64,000 bases of DNA from an uncultured bacterium (lineage in GTDB: Bacteria; Zixibacteria; MSB-5A5; UBA10806), in the NCBI GenBank assembly GCA_965541585.1, contig CBEUCH010000013.1, forward strand, positions 32,001 to 96,000, given 5' to 3'. The position numbers were made by a program, and so were the translations under genes. A model generated the notes under the pieces. It was not told where the DNA came from and ran no database searches. It was given only the letters and a program-made list of their open reading frames with translations. Below are positions 19,463 to 34,400 of this stretch, one piece after another; within the stretch, counting starts at the first letter, position 1; each line of letters begins with the position of its first letter.

Positions 19463-22400
19463 ATGATACCTAAACAGCCGCGAAAAGCCATTGGATACCT
19501 TCCGCTCGCGTTGTTTGCTCTAATTTTCCTTTTCCCACTCTCCGCCAGAGCGCAACTGGCGGAATCGCTTTATGTGGACTCGTCCTCCAGCTCCAGACCG
19601 ATTAGTTCGGAGATCAACAGTCATGGTGCGACCGATGGTGCTGAAGCAAGCATTTCAGGGAATTTGGCCGCTCCTCAAGACACTTGGACGTTTGATTTTG
19701 ATGACACGATTAACCCCGGCCAAGTGATCATAAATGCCCAGATTTTCATTACTCACCGACAGTCTGGATATATTGACGACAGCCTGGTGATCGAATATTT
19801 TGATGGAAACAATTTTATTCAATTTGAGTCGTTCGCCAATGTGCCTACTTCTCTAACCACAATTGGGCCCTTCAACGCAGATTCTATCACCTCCACTGAT
19901 CAGCTCAATGGATTTCAGGTTCAGATGCGGGGTATTCAGAAAGCTCGCGGGCATGACGTGATAACATATTACGTCGATGCCGTAGAGCTTCGATTGACTT
20001 ACCAAGCTAACGAACCACCTGTTGTTGACCCTATCCCTCCTCAAATAATAGCTGAGGGCGCCCATCTTGATGTGAGGTTGACTGCAAGCGATCCGGATAT
20101 CGGCGATATATTAACCTTAACTGCGGAAAATCTTCCCCCAAATGCCAGCTTCAGTGATTCATCCGGCGGCGTCGGTGGTCTAATATTTGACCCCGATTTT
20201 ACCCAAGCAGGATTTTATCAGGTAAGCATTATAGCTACGGATCAGGGGGGGCTTGCCGATACGGGAACGGTTGATATAACTGTCACGAATGTCGATCTAC
20301 CTCCGGTTTTAGATCCTATATCACCACAGATAATGGCGGAAGGCGCTCACCTCGATTTGACGATAACGGCGTCTGATCCTGACGGGGATGTCATCGGTCT
20401 GGTGGCGGAGTTATTGCCACCCAATTCGGCTTTCTTCGATTCCACCGGTGGGATAGGCGGCTTCACCTTCGATCCTGATTATACTCAATCCGGTCCTCAT
20501 CAGGTGCGGTTTATAGCGAGTTCTAATTCACTTGCAGACACTCAGCTTGTTGATATCACTGTCACCGATGTCGACCGTCCGCCGGTTTTAGATCCTATAT
20601 CGCCACAGATAATGGCGGAGGGCGACCATCTCGATTTGCGTGTTACGGCGTCTGATCCAGACGGGGATGTCATCAGTCTGCTGGCGGAACTGTTACCTCC
20701 TAATTCCGCTTTCTTCGATTCGACCGGAGGGGTGGGCGGTTTCACGTTTGATCCTGATTATACTCAATCCGGTCCTCATCAGATAAGATTTATAGCAAGT
20801 TCTAATTCACTAGCAGACACTCATCTTGTAGATATCACTGTCACGAATGTTGACCGTCCGCCGGTTTTAGATCCGATATCGCCGCAGATTATGGCGGAGG
20901 GCGATCATCTCGATTTGCGTGTAACGGCTTCAGATCCCGATGGCGATCTGATCGGTCTGGTGGCGGAGTTATTACCACCCAATTCGGCTTTCTTCGACTC
21001 GACCGGTGGGGTGGGCGGATTCACCTTCGATCCCGACTATACGCAGTCGGGTCCTCACCAGGTGCGGTTTATAGCGAGTTCTAATTCACTTGCAGACACT
21101 CAGCTTGTTGATATAACTGTCACGGATGTCGACCGTCCACCGGTTTTAGATCCTATCTCTCCTCAAACTATGGCGGAGGGCGATCATCTCGATTTGCGTG
21201 TAACGGCCTCTGATCCTGACGGCGATCCAATCAGTCTGGTGGCGGAATTATTGCCACCTAATTCTGCTTTCTTCGACTCGACCGGTGGGGTGGGTGGCTT
21301 CACGTTCGATCCCGACTATACGCAATCCGGTCCTCACCAGGTGAGGTTTATAGCCAACTCGAACTCGTTGGCTGATACCCAGCTTGTTGATATAACCGTC
21401 ACGAATGTCGACCTGCCGCCGGTATTGGATCCTATCTCTCCTCAAACCATGGCAGAAGGCGATCATCTCGATTTGACGATAACGGCGTCTGATCCTGACG
21501 GGGATGTCATCGGTCTGGTGGGGGAGCTTTTACCTCCCAATTCGGCTTTCTTCGATTCGACCGGTGGGGTGGGCGGATTCACGTTTGATCCTGATTATAC
21601 TCAATCCGGTCCTCATCAAGTAAGGTTTATAGCCAACTCGAACTCGTTGGCTGACACCCAGCTTGTGGATATAACCGTCACCAATGTCGATCTGCCGCCT
21701 GCTCTGGATCCGATCTCACCCCAGACAGTATTTGAAGGTGCGCATCTTGATTTACGGGTGACGGCCTCGGATGCCGATGGGGATGTCATCAGTCTGGTGG
21801 CGGAATTATTGCCTGCCAATTCGGCTTTTTTCGATTCCACCGGAGGAATCGGGGGATTTACATTTGATCCGGATTATGACCAGGCGGGGCCATATCAGGT
21901 TCGATTCATAGCTTCTTCCACCGCTCTTGCAGATACGCAGTTAGTGGACATAACGGTCATAAATGTCGGCCTGCCTCCTGTGATTGACCCTGTTTCAGCT
22001 CAATCTGTGGATGAGGCGGGACATCTCGACGTAAGGGTAACCGCCTCAGATCCTGATCTGGGAGATGTGATTACATTGACCGCAGAGCAGCTGCCGGCCA
22101 ACGCCAGTTTTGCTGACTCTTCGGGTGGTGTAGGGGGTTTGGTTTTTGACCCTGACTTTACACAGGCTGGTTTTTATCAGGTCAGAATAATAGCCACCGA
22201 TACGGGGGCGCTGGCCGATACGGAAATGGTTGACATTACGGTCAATCAGATTAATGCGCCGCCGGTACTGGAACCTATCGGCCCACGGTTTGTCGATGAG
22301 GGTTCCCATCTTGAATTTGTATTAATCTCCTCCGATGTGGATGGAGACAGTATAATATTGACTGCTGAAAATCTTCCTGCCAACTCAGCATTCGCCGATA

Positions 22401-25400
22401 GCGGCAACGGACACGGGCTATTCCAATTCGATCCGGATTTCAATCAGAGCGCAATCTACCCCGTTAGATTTATCGCCTCCGACGGTATCCTTGCAGATTC
22501 TGAGATTGTAGATATAACGGTTAACGATGTTGACCGGTCGCCGATTTTAGATCCTATATCGCCGCAGATTATGGCTGAGGGTGGTCATCTCGATTTGAGG
22601 GTAACGGCCTCCGATCCGGATGGCGATCCGATCGGTCTTATAGCGGAGTTGTTGCCTCCCAATTCGGCTTTCTTTGATTCGACCGGAGGCGTGGGCGGTT
22701 TTACCTTCGATCCTGATTACACCCAATCGGGACCTCACCAGGTGAGATTTATAGCAAACTCAAATGCTTTAGCAGATACTCAACTTGTAGATATCACTGT
22801 CACGAATGTCGATCTGCCGCCGGTTTTAGATCCGATATCGCCGCAGACTATGGGTGAGGGTGGTCATCTCGATTTGAGGGTAACGGCCTCCGATCCTGAC
22901 GGTGATCCGATCGGTCTTATAGCGGAGTTATTGCCAGCCAATTCAGCATTCTTTGATTCGACGGGAGGAGTGGGTGGTTTCACATTCGATCCTGATTACA
23001 CTCAATCAGGACCTCACCAGGTGAGATTCATAGCAAACTCGAACTCTTTGGCGGACACTCAGCTTGTAGATATAACTGTCACGAATGTCGATCTGCCGCC
23101 GGTTTTGGATCCGATATCGCCGCAGATAATGGCCGAGGGCGGTCATCTCGATTTGAGGGTAACGGCCTCCGATCCGGATGGCGATCCGATCGGTCTTATA
23201 GCGGAATTATTGCCTCCCAATTCGGCATTCTTCGATTCGACCGGAGGAGTGGGAGGTCTCATTTTCGACCCGGATTACACTCAATCAGGACCTCATCAGG
23301 TGCGGTTTATCGCGAATTCAAACTCATTGGCGGACACTCAGCTTGTTGATATAACTGTCACCAATGTAGATCTGCCGCCGGTTTTAGATCCGATATCGCC
23401 GCAGATTATGGCGGAGGGTGATCATCTCGATTTGAGGATTACAACTTCAGATCCTGATGGCGATCCCATCGGTCTTATAGCGGAGTTATTGCCTCCGAAT
23501 TCGGCCTTCTTCGATTCCACCGGAGGAGTGGGAGGATTCACATTCGATCCGGATTACACTCAATCAGGGCCTCACCAGGTGAGATTTATTGCGAATTCAA
23601 ACTCATTGGCGGACACTCAGCTTGTAGATATAACCGTCACGAATGTAGATCTGCCGCCGGTTTTAGATCCGATATCGCCGCAGATTATGGCCGAGGGCGA
23701 TCATCTCGATTTGAGGGTAACGGCCTCTGATCCCGACGGTGACCCCATCGGTCTTATAGCGGAGTTATTGCCTCCCAATTCGGCCTTCTTTGATTCCACC
23801 GGAGGAGTGGGAGGCTTCACATTCGATCCGGATTACACCCAATCAGGACCTCACCAGGTAAGATTTATTGCAAACTCGAATGCTTTAGCAGACACTCAAC
23901 TTGTAGATATCACTGTCACGAATGTCGACCTGCCGCCTGTTTTAGATCCGATATCTCCGCAGATTATGGCCGAGGGCGGCCATCTCGATTTGAGGGTAAC
24001 GGCCTCCGATCCGGATGGAGATCCCATTGGTCTTATAGCGGAGTTATTGCCAGCCAATTCGGCCTTCTTCGATTCCACGGGAGGAGTGGGTGGTTTCACA
24101 TTCGATCCTGATTACAGCCAATCAGGACCTCACCAGGTGAGATTTATTGCAAATTCAAACTCTTTGGCGGACACTCAGCTTGTAGATATAACCGTCACGA
24201 ATGTAGATCTGCCGCCGGTTTTAGATCCGATATCGCCGCAGATTATGGCTGAGGGCGATCATCTTGATTTGAGGATTACGGCTTCAGATCCCGATGGCGA
24301 TCCAGTCGGTCTTATAGCAGAGTTATTGCCTCCCAATTCGGCTTTCTTTGATTCCACCGGAGGCGTGGGAGGTTTCACATTCGATCCGGATTACACCCAA
24401 TCAGGACCTCACCAGGTGCGGTTTATTGCAAATTCAAACTCATTGGCGGACACTCAACTTGTAGATATCACTGTCACGAATGTCGATCTGCCGCCGGTTT
24501 TAGATCCTATATCGCCGCAGATTTTGGCTGAGGGGGATCATCTTGATTTGAGGATTACGGCTTCAGATCCTGACGGCGATCCAATAGGTATTATAGCGGA
24601 GTTATTGCCAGCCAATTCGGCATTCTTTGATTCCACCGGAGGAGTGGGAGGATTTACCTTCGATCCGGATTACACCCAATCAGGACCTCACCAGGTGCGG
24701 TTTATTGCAAATTCAAATACTCTAGCGGATACTCAGCTTGTAGATATCACTGTCACGAATGTAGATCTGCCGCCTGTGTTAGATCCTATATCCCCGCAGA
24801 TTATAGCCGAGGGCGGCCATCTCGATTTGAGGGTAACAGCTTCTGATCCCGACGGTGATCCCGTCGGTCTTATGGCGGAGCTATTGCCTGCCAATTCGGC
24901 CTTCTTTGATTCGACAGGAGGAGTGGGCGGATTGACATTCGATCCGGATTACACCCAATCAGGACCTCACCAGGTGCGGTTTATTGCGAATTCAAATACT
25001 CTAGCGGATACTCAGCTTGTAGATATCACTGTCACGAATGTAGATCTGCCGCCTGTGTTAGATCCGATATCGCCGCAGATTATGGCTGAGGGCGATCATC
25101 TTGATTTGAGGATAACGGCCTCCGATCCCGATGGCGATCCGATCGGTCTGATAGCGGAGTTATTGCCGGCCAATTCGGCCTTCTTCGATTCCACCGGAGG
25201 CGTGGGAGGATTCACATTCGATCCGGATTATACCCAATCAGGACCTCACCAGGTGAGATTCATAGCAAACTCGAACTCATTAGCAGACACTCAACTTGTA
25301 GATATCACCGTTACCGATGTTGATTTACCGCCGGTCTTTGATCCTATTCCTTCGCAATCGGTTGACGAAAACAGCCATCTGGATATCAGGGTTACAGCAT

Positions 25401-28400
25401 CGGATTTCGACGGTGACCCGATCATATTAACCGCAGAGGGGCTGCCTGCCAATGCCAGTTTTGCTGATTCTTCCAATGGTGTGGGTGGCTTTACGTTCGA
25501 CCCGGATTTCTTCCAATCCGGCGACTATACGGTTACTTTTATTGCTAATTCAAACGCCCTGGCGGATACGGAATTTGTAGATATAACAGTAAATAATGTA
25601 AACCGCGCCCCGTTATTGAATCCGATTGGCAATCGCTCAGTCATCGAGGGTGGAAATATCAGCTTCGAGATTACAGCCTCTGACCCGGATTTGGTGACGC
25701 CTTCCCTTACAGCCCAGGATTTACCAATAAATGCCAGTTTTGTGGATTCTCTCGATGGTACAGGCCAATTTACTTTTAATCCCGGCTACACGCAGGCCGG
25801 ATTATATGATGTGCTCTTTATCGCCAGCGATGGAGACCTGGCCGATTCTGAAATGGTGCAGATAACTGTATTCGATGCCGGTAACCAGCCGCCCGAAATA
25901 GACTACATAGGCCCGCAGCTGGTTTACGAAGGATATCATCTTGAACTTCTGGTCACGGCCAGCGACCCGGATAGCACAATACCCGCTTTGCAGGGATTGA
26001 ATTTGCCCGCCAATTCAGCTTTTGCGGATTCAGGCAACGGGAATGCATCGTTTACGTTCGATCCCGATTATACCCAGTCGGGAGTTTATAATGTTTTATT
26101 CAGAGCTTACGATGGTGGTCTTTATGATTCGCTCTGGGTGGGGATCACCGTACTGGATTCCAATCGCACTCCGATCTTGGATCCCATCGGCTCTCAAACT
26201 GTTACAGAAGGCAATAGGCTTCAGTTTGTGATTACATCCTCCGATCCTGACGGAACAACACCGCAGCTATCAACCGGTGCGCTACCGTTCAATGCTGTTT
26301 TTGAGGATTCGCTCAACGGAAATGGTCTGTTTACATTCGATCCTGATTTCACTCAATCGGGTATCGATACCATTCTATTTGTTGCTGCCGACGGTCTTCT
26401 GGCCGATTCGGAGTTCGTTGAGATAACAATACTGGAATTCGGCAATAATCCCCCTGTATTAGATCCCATTGGCCCTCAGTCTGTGGACGAGGGGAGTCAA
26501 TTACAGGTGATCATCTCGGCGTCGGATCTCGACGGCACTATTCCCTCTCTGGCGGCAGAAGGTCTACCGGCGAACGCTGCCTTCACCGATAGCCTGAACG
26601 GCCGCGGTTTATTTGAATTCTCACCATCATATTTCCAATCGGGCCCTTATCAGGTCAGATTTATAGCATCCGACGGGGTGGCGTCTGATACAGAGCTTGT
26701 AGATATTACAGTTAATGATATTGATCGTCTGCCGGTCTTAGATCCGATTTCGCCACAGATTTTGGCTGAAGGCGATCATCTTGATTTGCGTGTAACGGCC
26801 TCGGATCCCGATGGCGATCCAATCAATCTTTTGGCAGAGTTGTTACCTGCGAATTCGGCTTTCTTCGATTCGACCGGAGGAGTTGGAGGTTTTACCTTCG
26901 ATCCGGATTACACCCAATCAGGACCTCACCAGGTGAGATTTATTGCAAATTCAAATGCTCTTGCTGATACTCAACTTGTAGATATAACTGTCACGAATGT
27001 AGATCTGCCACCGGTTTTAGATCCCATTTCAGCACAGATAGTTGCCGAGGGTGATCATCTTGATTTGCGCATTACAGCATCAGATCCTGACGGTGATCCG
27101 ATCGGTCTGGTGGCGGAGTTATTGCCTCCCAATTCGGCCTTCTTCGATTCCACCGGAGGCGTGGGAGGTTTCACCTTCGATCCGGATTACACTCAATCCG
27201 GCCCTCACCAGGTGCGATTCATAGCATCATCCACTACTTTTGCGGATACCCAACTGGTTGACATAACCGTTACAGATGTCGATCTGCCGCCGGTTTTAGA
27301 TCCCATTTCAGCACAGGTGATTGCCGAGGGTAATCATCTTGATTTGCGCATTACAGCATCAGATCCCGACGGTGATCCAATCGGCCTGGTGGCAGAGTTA
27401 TTGCCTCCCAATTCAGCCTTCTTCGATTCGACAGGAGGAGTGGGAGGTTTTACCTTCGATCCGGATTACACCCAATCAGGACCTCACCAGGTGAGATTTA
27501 TTGCAAATTCAAATGCTCTTGCTGATACTCAACTTGTAGATATCACTGTCACGAATGTCGATCTGCCACCGGTTCTGGATCCTATCTCGCCGCAGACTAT
27601 GGCTGAAGGCGATCATCTTGATTTGAGGATAACGGCCTCTGATCCCGATGGTGATCCCATCGGCCTTATAGCGGAGTTGTTGCCTCCCAATTCGGTCTTC
27701 TTCGATTCCACTGGAGGAGTAGGAGGATTCACATTCGATCCGGATTACACCCAATCAGGACCTCATCAGGTGAGATTTATTGCAAATTCAAACTCATTGG
27801 CGGACACTCAACTTGTAGATATAACTGTCACGAATGTAGATCTGCCGCCTGTGTTAGATCCGATCTCACCTCAGACCATGGCTGAAGGAGACCATCTCGA
27901 TTTGAGGATTACAGCTTCCGATCCGGATGGTGATCCCATCGGTATTATAGCGGAGTTATTACCTCCCAATTCGGCCTTCTTCGATTCGACAGGAGGCGTG
28001 GGAGGTTTTACCTTCGATCCGGATTATACTCAATCCGGCCCTCACCAAGTGAGATTCATAGCGAATTCCAATTCTCTGGCAGATACCCAGGTCGTTGATA
28101 TAACCGTTACTGAGGTAGACCGTCCACCTGTTTTAGATCCGATATCGCCACAAACTATGGCCGAGGGCGATCATCTTGATTTGAGGATAACAGCCTCAGA
28201 TCCCGACGGCGATCTCATCGGTCTGGTGGCGGAATTGTTGCCGGTTAATTCAGCCTTCTTCGATTCGACCGGAGGAGTAGGAGGTTTAACCTTCGATCCC
28301 GATTACACGCAATCCGGCCCTCACCAGGTGAGATTCATAGCCAGTTCGAATTCGTTAGCAGACACTCAGCTTGTTGATATAACTGTCACGAATGTCGATC

Positions 28401-31400
28401 TGCCGCCGGTGTTAGATCCGATATCGCCGCAGACTGTAGCCGAGGGCGGCCATCTTGATTTGAGGATAACGGCCTCTGATCCCGACGGCGATCCGATCGG
28501 TCTGGTAGCAGAGTTGTTGCCGGTCAATTCGGCCTTCTTCGATTCCACGGGAGGAGTAGGAGGATTCACATTCGATCCCGATTACACCCAATCAGGACCT
28601 CATCAGGTGAGATTTATAGCAACTTCAAATTCATTAGCCGACACTCAGCTTGTTGATATTACAGTTACTGAATTAGACCGTTCACCTGTGTTAGATCCGA
28701 TATCGCCGCAGACCATGGCTGAAGGCGATCATCTCGATCTGCGGATAACGGCCTCCGATCCCGATGGCGATCCTGTTGGTCTGGTAGCGGAGTTGTTGCC
28801 GGCCAATTCGGCATTCTTTGACTCCACTGGAGGAGTCGGCGGTTTCACCTTCGATCCCGATTACACTCAATCCGGCCCTTATCAAGTGAGATTTATAGCA
28901 AATTCAAATTCTCTGGCCGACACTCAGCTGGTTGATATAACCGTTACTGAATTAGACCGTCCACCTGTTATAGATCCGATATCGCCGCAGACTATGGCCG
29001 AAGGAGATCACCTCGATTTAAGGATAACAGCGGCTGATCCGGACGGCGATGCCATATCTCTTGTGGCCGAGCTATTGCCGGTCAATTCGGCTTTCTTCGA
29101 TTCCACCGGAGGAGTAGGAGGATTCACCTTCGATCCGGATTACACCCAATCCGGCCCTTATCAAATAAGATTCATAGCAAATTCAAATTCATTAGCAGAC
29201 ACCCAGCTTGTTGATATAACCGTTACGAATGTCGATCTGCCGTCGGTGTTAGATCCGATATCGCCGCAGACTATGGCTGAGGGCGATCATCTCGATTTGA
29301 GGATAACGGCCTCTGATCCGGATGGCGATCCGATCGGTCTGGTGGCGGAGTTATTGCCTGCCAATTCGGCCTTTTTTGATTCGACCGGAGGAGTAGGAGG
29401 TTTCACCTTCGATCCCGATTACACTCAATCCGGCCCTCACCAGGTGAGATTTATTGCAAATTCAAACTCGTTAGCAGACACTCAGCTTGTAGATATCACA
29501 GTTACTGAGCTAGACCGTCAGCCGGTGTTAGATCCGATCTCGCCGCAGACTATGGCCGAAGGCGATCATCTCGATTTGAGGATAACGGCTTCTGATCCGG
29601 ATGGCGATCCGGTAGGCCTGGTAGCGGAGTTGTTGCCTCCCAATTCGGCTTTCTTTGATTCGACGGGAGGAGTCGGTGGATTTACGTTCGATCCCGATTA
29701 TACTCAATCCGGCCCTTATCAGGTGAGATTTATCGCGAATTCGAATTCTCTGGCAGACACCCAGCTTGTAGATATAACCGTTACGAATGTCGATCTGCCG
29801 CCGCTATTAGATCCCATATCGCCGCAGACTGTGTCGGAGGGCGGCCATCTCGATCTGAGGATAACGGCCTCAGATCCGGATGGCGATCCAGTTGGTCTGG
29901 TGGCGGAGTTGTTACCTCCCAATTCAGCGTTTTTCGATTCGACGGGAGGCGTTGGTGGATTCACATTCGATCCGGATTATACTCAATCCGGTCCTTATCA
30001 GGTGAGATTCATCGCGAATTCAAACTCTCTATCTGATACCCAACTGGTGGATATCACGGTGCTTGAGGCGGGGGATCAGCCGCCGATATGGGATCCCATA
30101 TCGCCGCAGACGGTTGCGGAGGGGGATCATCTGGATCTTCAGGTGACGGCCACCGATCCTGAGGGCGATATCATTTCACTGACGGCGGAGTTGTTGCCTG
30201 CAAATTCGGCGTTTGTCGATTCGACCGGAGGAGTTGGAGGATTCACGTTTGATCCCGACTACTTCCAGGCCGATTTATATCAGGTCAGGTTCATTGCGAC
30301 TGCAAACGCCCAATCGGATACGGCGCTTGTAGACATCACGGTCACCGACACACCTCGTCCGCCTATCTGGGATCCGATTGGTGACCGGGCCTTATTTGAG
30401 GGTGAGAGCATCAGCTTTATTGTCACGGCCACTGATCCCGATTTGACTATACCGTTGCTTAGCGTCGACAGCCTGCCTGCCAATGCTGTCTTTACCGACA
30501 GTCTCAATGGTAACGGACTGTTCAGTTTCTCGCCGGATTACACGCAGGCGGGTCAGCATATTTTGACCTTTATCGCCTCCGACGGAGTTTTATCCGATTC
30601 GGAGGTGGTTAACATATTCGTTTTCGAGGCCGGCAACCAGCCGCCGGAGATAGATTCGGTGGCTCCGCAGTCGGTGGTTGAAGCACAGCATCTCGAGTTT
30701 GTGGTGACCTCCTCCGATCCGGAGGGTACAATACCGGCCTTGCAGGCCTTTGATCTGCCTGCCAATGCGGCCTTTGCCGATTCGGGCAACGGTCACGGTC
30801 TGTTTACTTTCGATCCGGACTATACGCAGTCCGGTGTCCACAATGTCTTATTCCAGGCCTTTGACGGTGAGTTGTACGATTCGCTCTATGTGGAGATCAC
30901 GGTAGTGGACTTCCCGTTCGCGCCTGTGTTGGATCCCATCGGGGCTCAGATAGTAACTGAGGGTGACACGCTGCAGGTTGTAATAACCTCATCGGATCCT
31001 GACGGCACCGATCCGCAGCTTCTGACCGGTCCACTTCCGGTCAATGCTACATTTGAGGATTCATTAAACGGTCATGGTCTGTTTGTATTCACTCCTGACT
31101 TTACGCAAGCCGGGATTGATACGGTGTTGTTCATTGCTACCGATGGCGCTTTGTCGGATTCGGAGTATGTGCAGATAACGGTGGTGGAGTTTGGCAACAA
31201 TCCACCGGTGTTGGATCCTATCAGTTCGCAGACTGTCGATGAGGGATCGCTGTTGCAAGTTTTAGTCTCGGCTTCCGATCCGGACAGCACCATACCGTTG
31301 CTTTCAACAATTATCCTTCCCGTGAACGCGACCTTTACAGACAGTCTCAACGGTACGGGGTTGTTGGAGTTTACCCCGGACTACTTCCAGTCGGGCGTAT

Positions 31401-34400
31401 ACTTTGTGACTTTCATCGCCTCCGACGGCGCTCTGGCCGATTCGCAGAACGTGATGATCACGGTCAACAATATTAACCGTGCACCTGTTTTAGATACCAT
31501 ACCGACGCCGCAGGTTGTAGCCGAGGGATCTTTGCTGCAGCTAACGGTTACCTCGAGCGATCCGGACACCACTATTCCGGTACTGACGGCCGAGAATCTG
31601 CCGCCTAACGCCACCTTTGCCGATTCCGGTGACGGCAGCGGCGATTTCCAGTTCAATCCGGATTATACGCAGTCAGGTTCGTATCAGGTGTTGTTTATAT
31701 CCTCGGATGGAGACCTGGCCGATTCGCAGTATGTTGATATAGATGTTATCGAGACCGACCGTCCGCCGGTCTTAGATCCGATCCTGCCGCAGACAGTAGC
31801 AGAAGGCGATCATCTCGATCTGCGGATAACGGCCTCCGATCCGGATGGCGATCTCGTCGGTCTGGTGGCGGAGTTATTGCCGGCCAATTCGGCTTTCTTC
31901 GATTCCACGGGAGGCGTCGGTGGGTTTGTCTTCGATCCCGATTACACTCAATCCGGCCCTTACCAGGTGAGATTTATCGCTAATTCTAATTCTCTGGCGG
32001 ACACCCAGCTGGTTGATATAACGGTTACAGAATTAGACCGTCCGCCGGTACTGGATCCGATCTTGCCGCAGACGGTTGATGAGGGCGATCATCTCGATTT
32101 GAGGATAACGGCCTCGGATCCGGATGGCGACGTCATATCTCTTGCGGCCGAGCTATTGCCGGCCAATTCGGCCTTCTTCGATTCCACCGGCGGAGTGGGT
32201 GGTTTTGTCTTCGATCCGGATTACACCCAATCCGGCCCTTATCAGATAAGGTTCATAGCCAGTTCGAATTCGTTAGCCGACACCCAGCTGGTGGATATAA
32301 CCGTTAACGACGTCAATCTGCCACCGATCCTGGATCCTATCCCGACGCCTCAGTCGGTTGCCGAGGGTTCGATCCTGGAGTTTACAGTTACTTCCTTTGA
32401 TCCGGACGGCACCAATCCGGCCTTAGTGGCCTTGAATGTTCCGGTCAATGCGGTCTTCACGGACAGTCTCAACGGGCATGGTTTGTTTGAATTTGCACCT
32501 GATTTTACACAATCAGGCGATTATCAGGTGTTATTCGTAGCGTCCGATGGTGTTTTAGCTGATTCACAATATGTTGATATCACGGTGACGGAGAATAATC
32601 GCCCGCCGGTTTTAGATCCGATTTTGACGCCACGGAATGTGGCCGAGACTGCGACTCTGGAGTTTAGTATCACCGCTTCGGATCTTGATGGCAACATACC
32701 GGCATTGTTTGCGGAGGATCTGCCGGTCAACGCCGTTTTTGTGGATTCGGCCAATGGCGTGGGGACATTTACGTTCACGCCGGACTACACGCAATCCGGG
32801 CCATATGCGGTATTGTTCTATGCCACGGATGGGCAGTTTTCCGATTCACAATATGTTGATATAACTGTGACGGATGTCAATGCTTCTCCGGTCATCACGG
32901 TTCCCGGTGCGCAGGTGGTGAACGAGTCCGATTCGCTTTTGTTCACGGTGAGCGCATCCGATATTGACGGCACCGTTCCGTTGTTATCGTTCTTTGACGT
33001 TCCCGCCAATTCGTCGTTTGAGGATAGCTTAAATGGGGTGGGTTTATTCCGGTTCTATCCAGATTTCACGCAGTCTGGTATATATACAGTAGGATTTATA
33101 GCCTCGGATGGTTTGCTATCAGATACCGGTTATGTGAGCATAACGGTTCTGGATGCCGGTAACCAGTCACCCGTATTGGATCCGATCGGCCCTCAGACCG
33201 TTGATGAGGGGGATACGCTGCGGTTTGTTGTGAGCGCCACAGATCCGGATAGCACCGTCCCGCAGCTTTTGACTGATCCTCTGCCGACCAATGCTACATT
33301 TGAGGATTCGTTAAACGGCCATGGTCTGTTTGTCTTTGCTCCTGACTTTACACAATCGGGAGTTGATACGGTTTTGTTCATCGCCACCGATGGTGGTCTT
33401 TCGGATTCGGAGTATGTGGAGATAACGATTGTTGAGGCCGGGAATCAAGTGCCTGTTTTAGATCCTATCGGTCCGCAGGCTGTTGGCGAGGGCGATTCGT
33501 TGCTCCTGGTTATCACGGCCAGCGACCCGGACGGCGCCACACCGACACTTGTGGCCTTAGGCGTGCCTTCTAACGGCAGTTTTGTGGACAACGGCGATGG
33601 GACGGGTGATTTTGATTTCTACCCGGATTATTTCCAGGAGAATATCTTTACGGTGACGTTTATTGCCTCCGATGGTGTTCTGGCCGATACGGAAGCTGTG
33701 GAAATAACGGTCGCCGACACACCTCGTCCGCCTATCTGGGATCCAATCAGTGACCGGGCATTATTTGAGGGTCAGACAATCAGTTTTGGTGTATTCGCCT
33801 CTGATCCGGATTTGACCATACCGTTGCTTAGCGTTGACAGCCTGCCTGCCAATGCGGCTTTTACGGACAGTTTGAACGGACATGGTTCGTTCAGCTTCTC
33901 GCCGGATTACACGCAGGCGGGTCAGCATATTTTAACCTTTATCGCCTCCGACGGAGTCTTATCCGATTCGGAGGTGGTTAACATATTCGTTTTCGAGGCC
34001 GGCAACCAGCCGCCGGAGATAGATTCGGTGGCTCCGCAGTCGGTGGTTGAAGCACAGCATCTCGAGTTTGTGGTGACCTCCTCCGATCCGGAGGGTACAA
34101 TACCGGCCTTGCAGGCCTTTGATCTGCCTGCCAATGCGGCCTTTGCCGATTCGGGCAACGGTCACGGTCTGTTTACTTTCGATCCGGACTATACGCAGTC
34201 CGGTGTCCACAATGTCTTATTCCAGGCCTTTGACGGTGAGTTGTACGATTCGCTCTATGTGGAGATCACGGTAGTGGACTTCCCGTTCGCGCCTGTGTTG
34301 GATCCCATCGGGGCTCAGATAGTAACTGAGGGTGATACGCTGCAGTTTGTGGTGACCTCCTCGGATCCGGACGGCACCGATCCGCAGCTTCTGACCGGTC

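Noticed and set aside
19281..19466. 61-aa ORF before the giant gene
   Set aside because: No clear RBS or motif; more likely an intergenic leader with weak hairpins.
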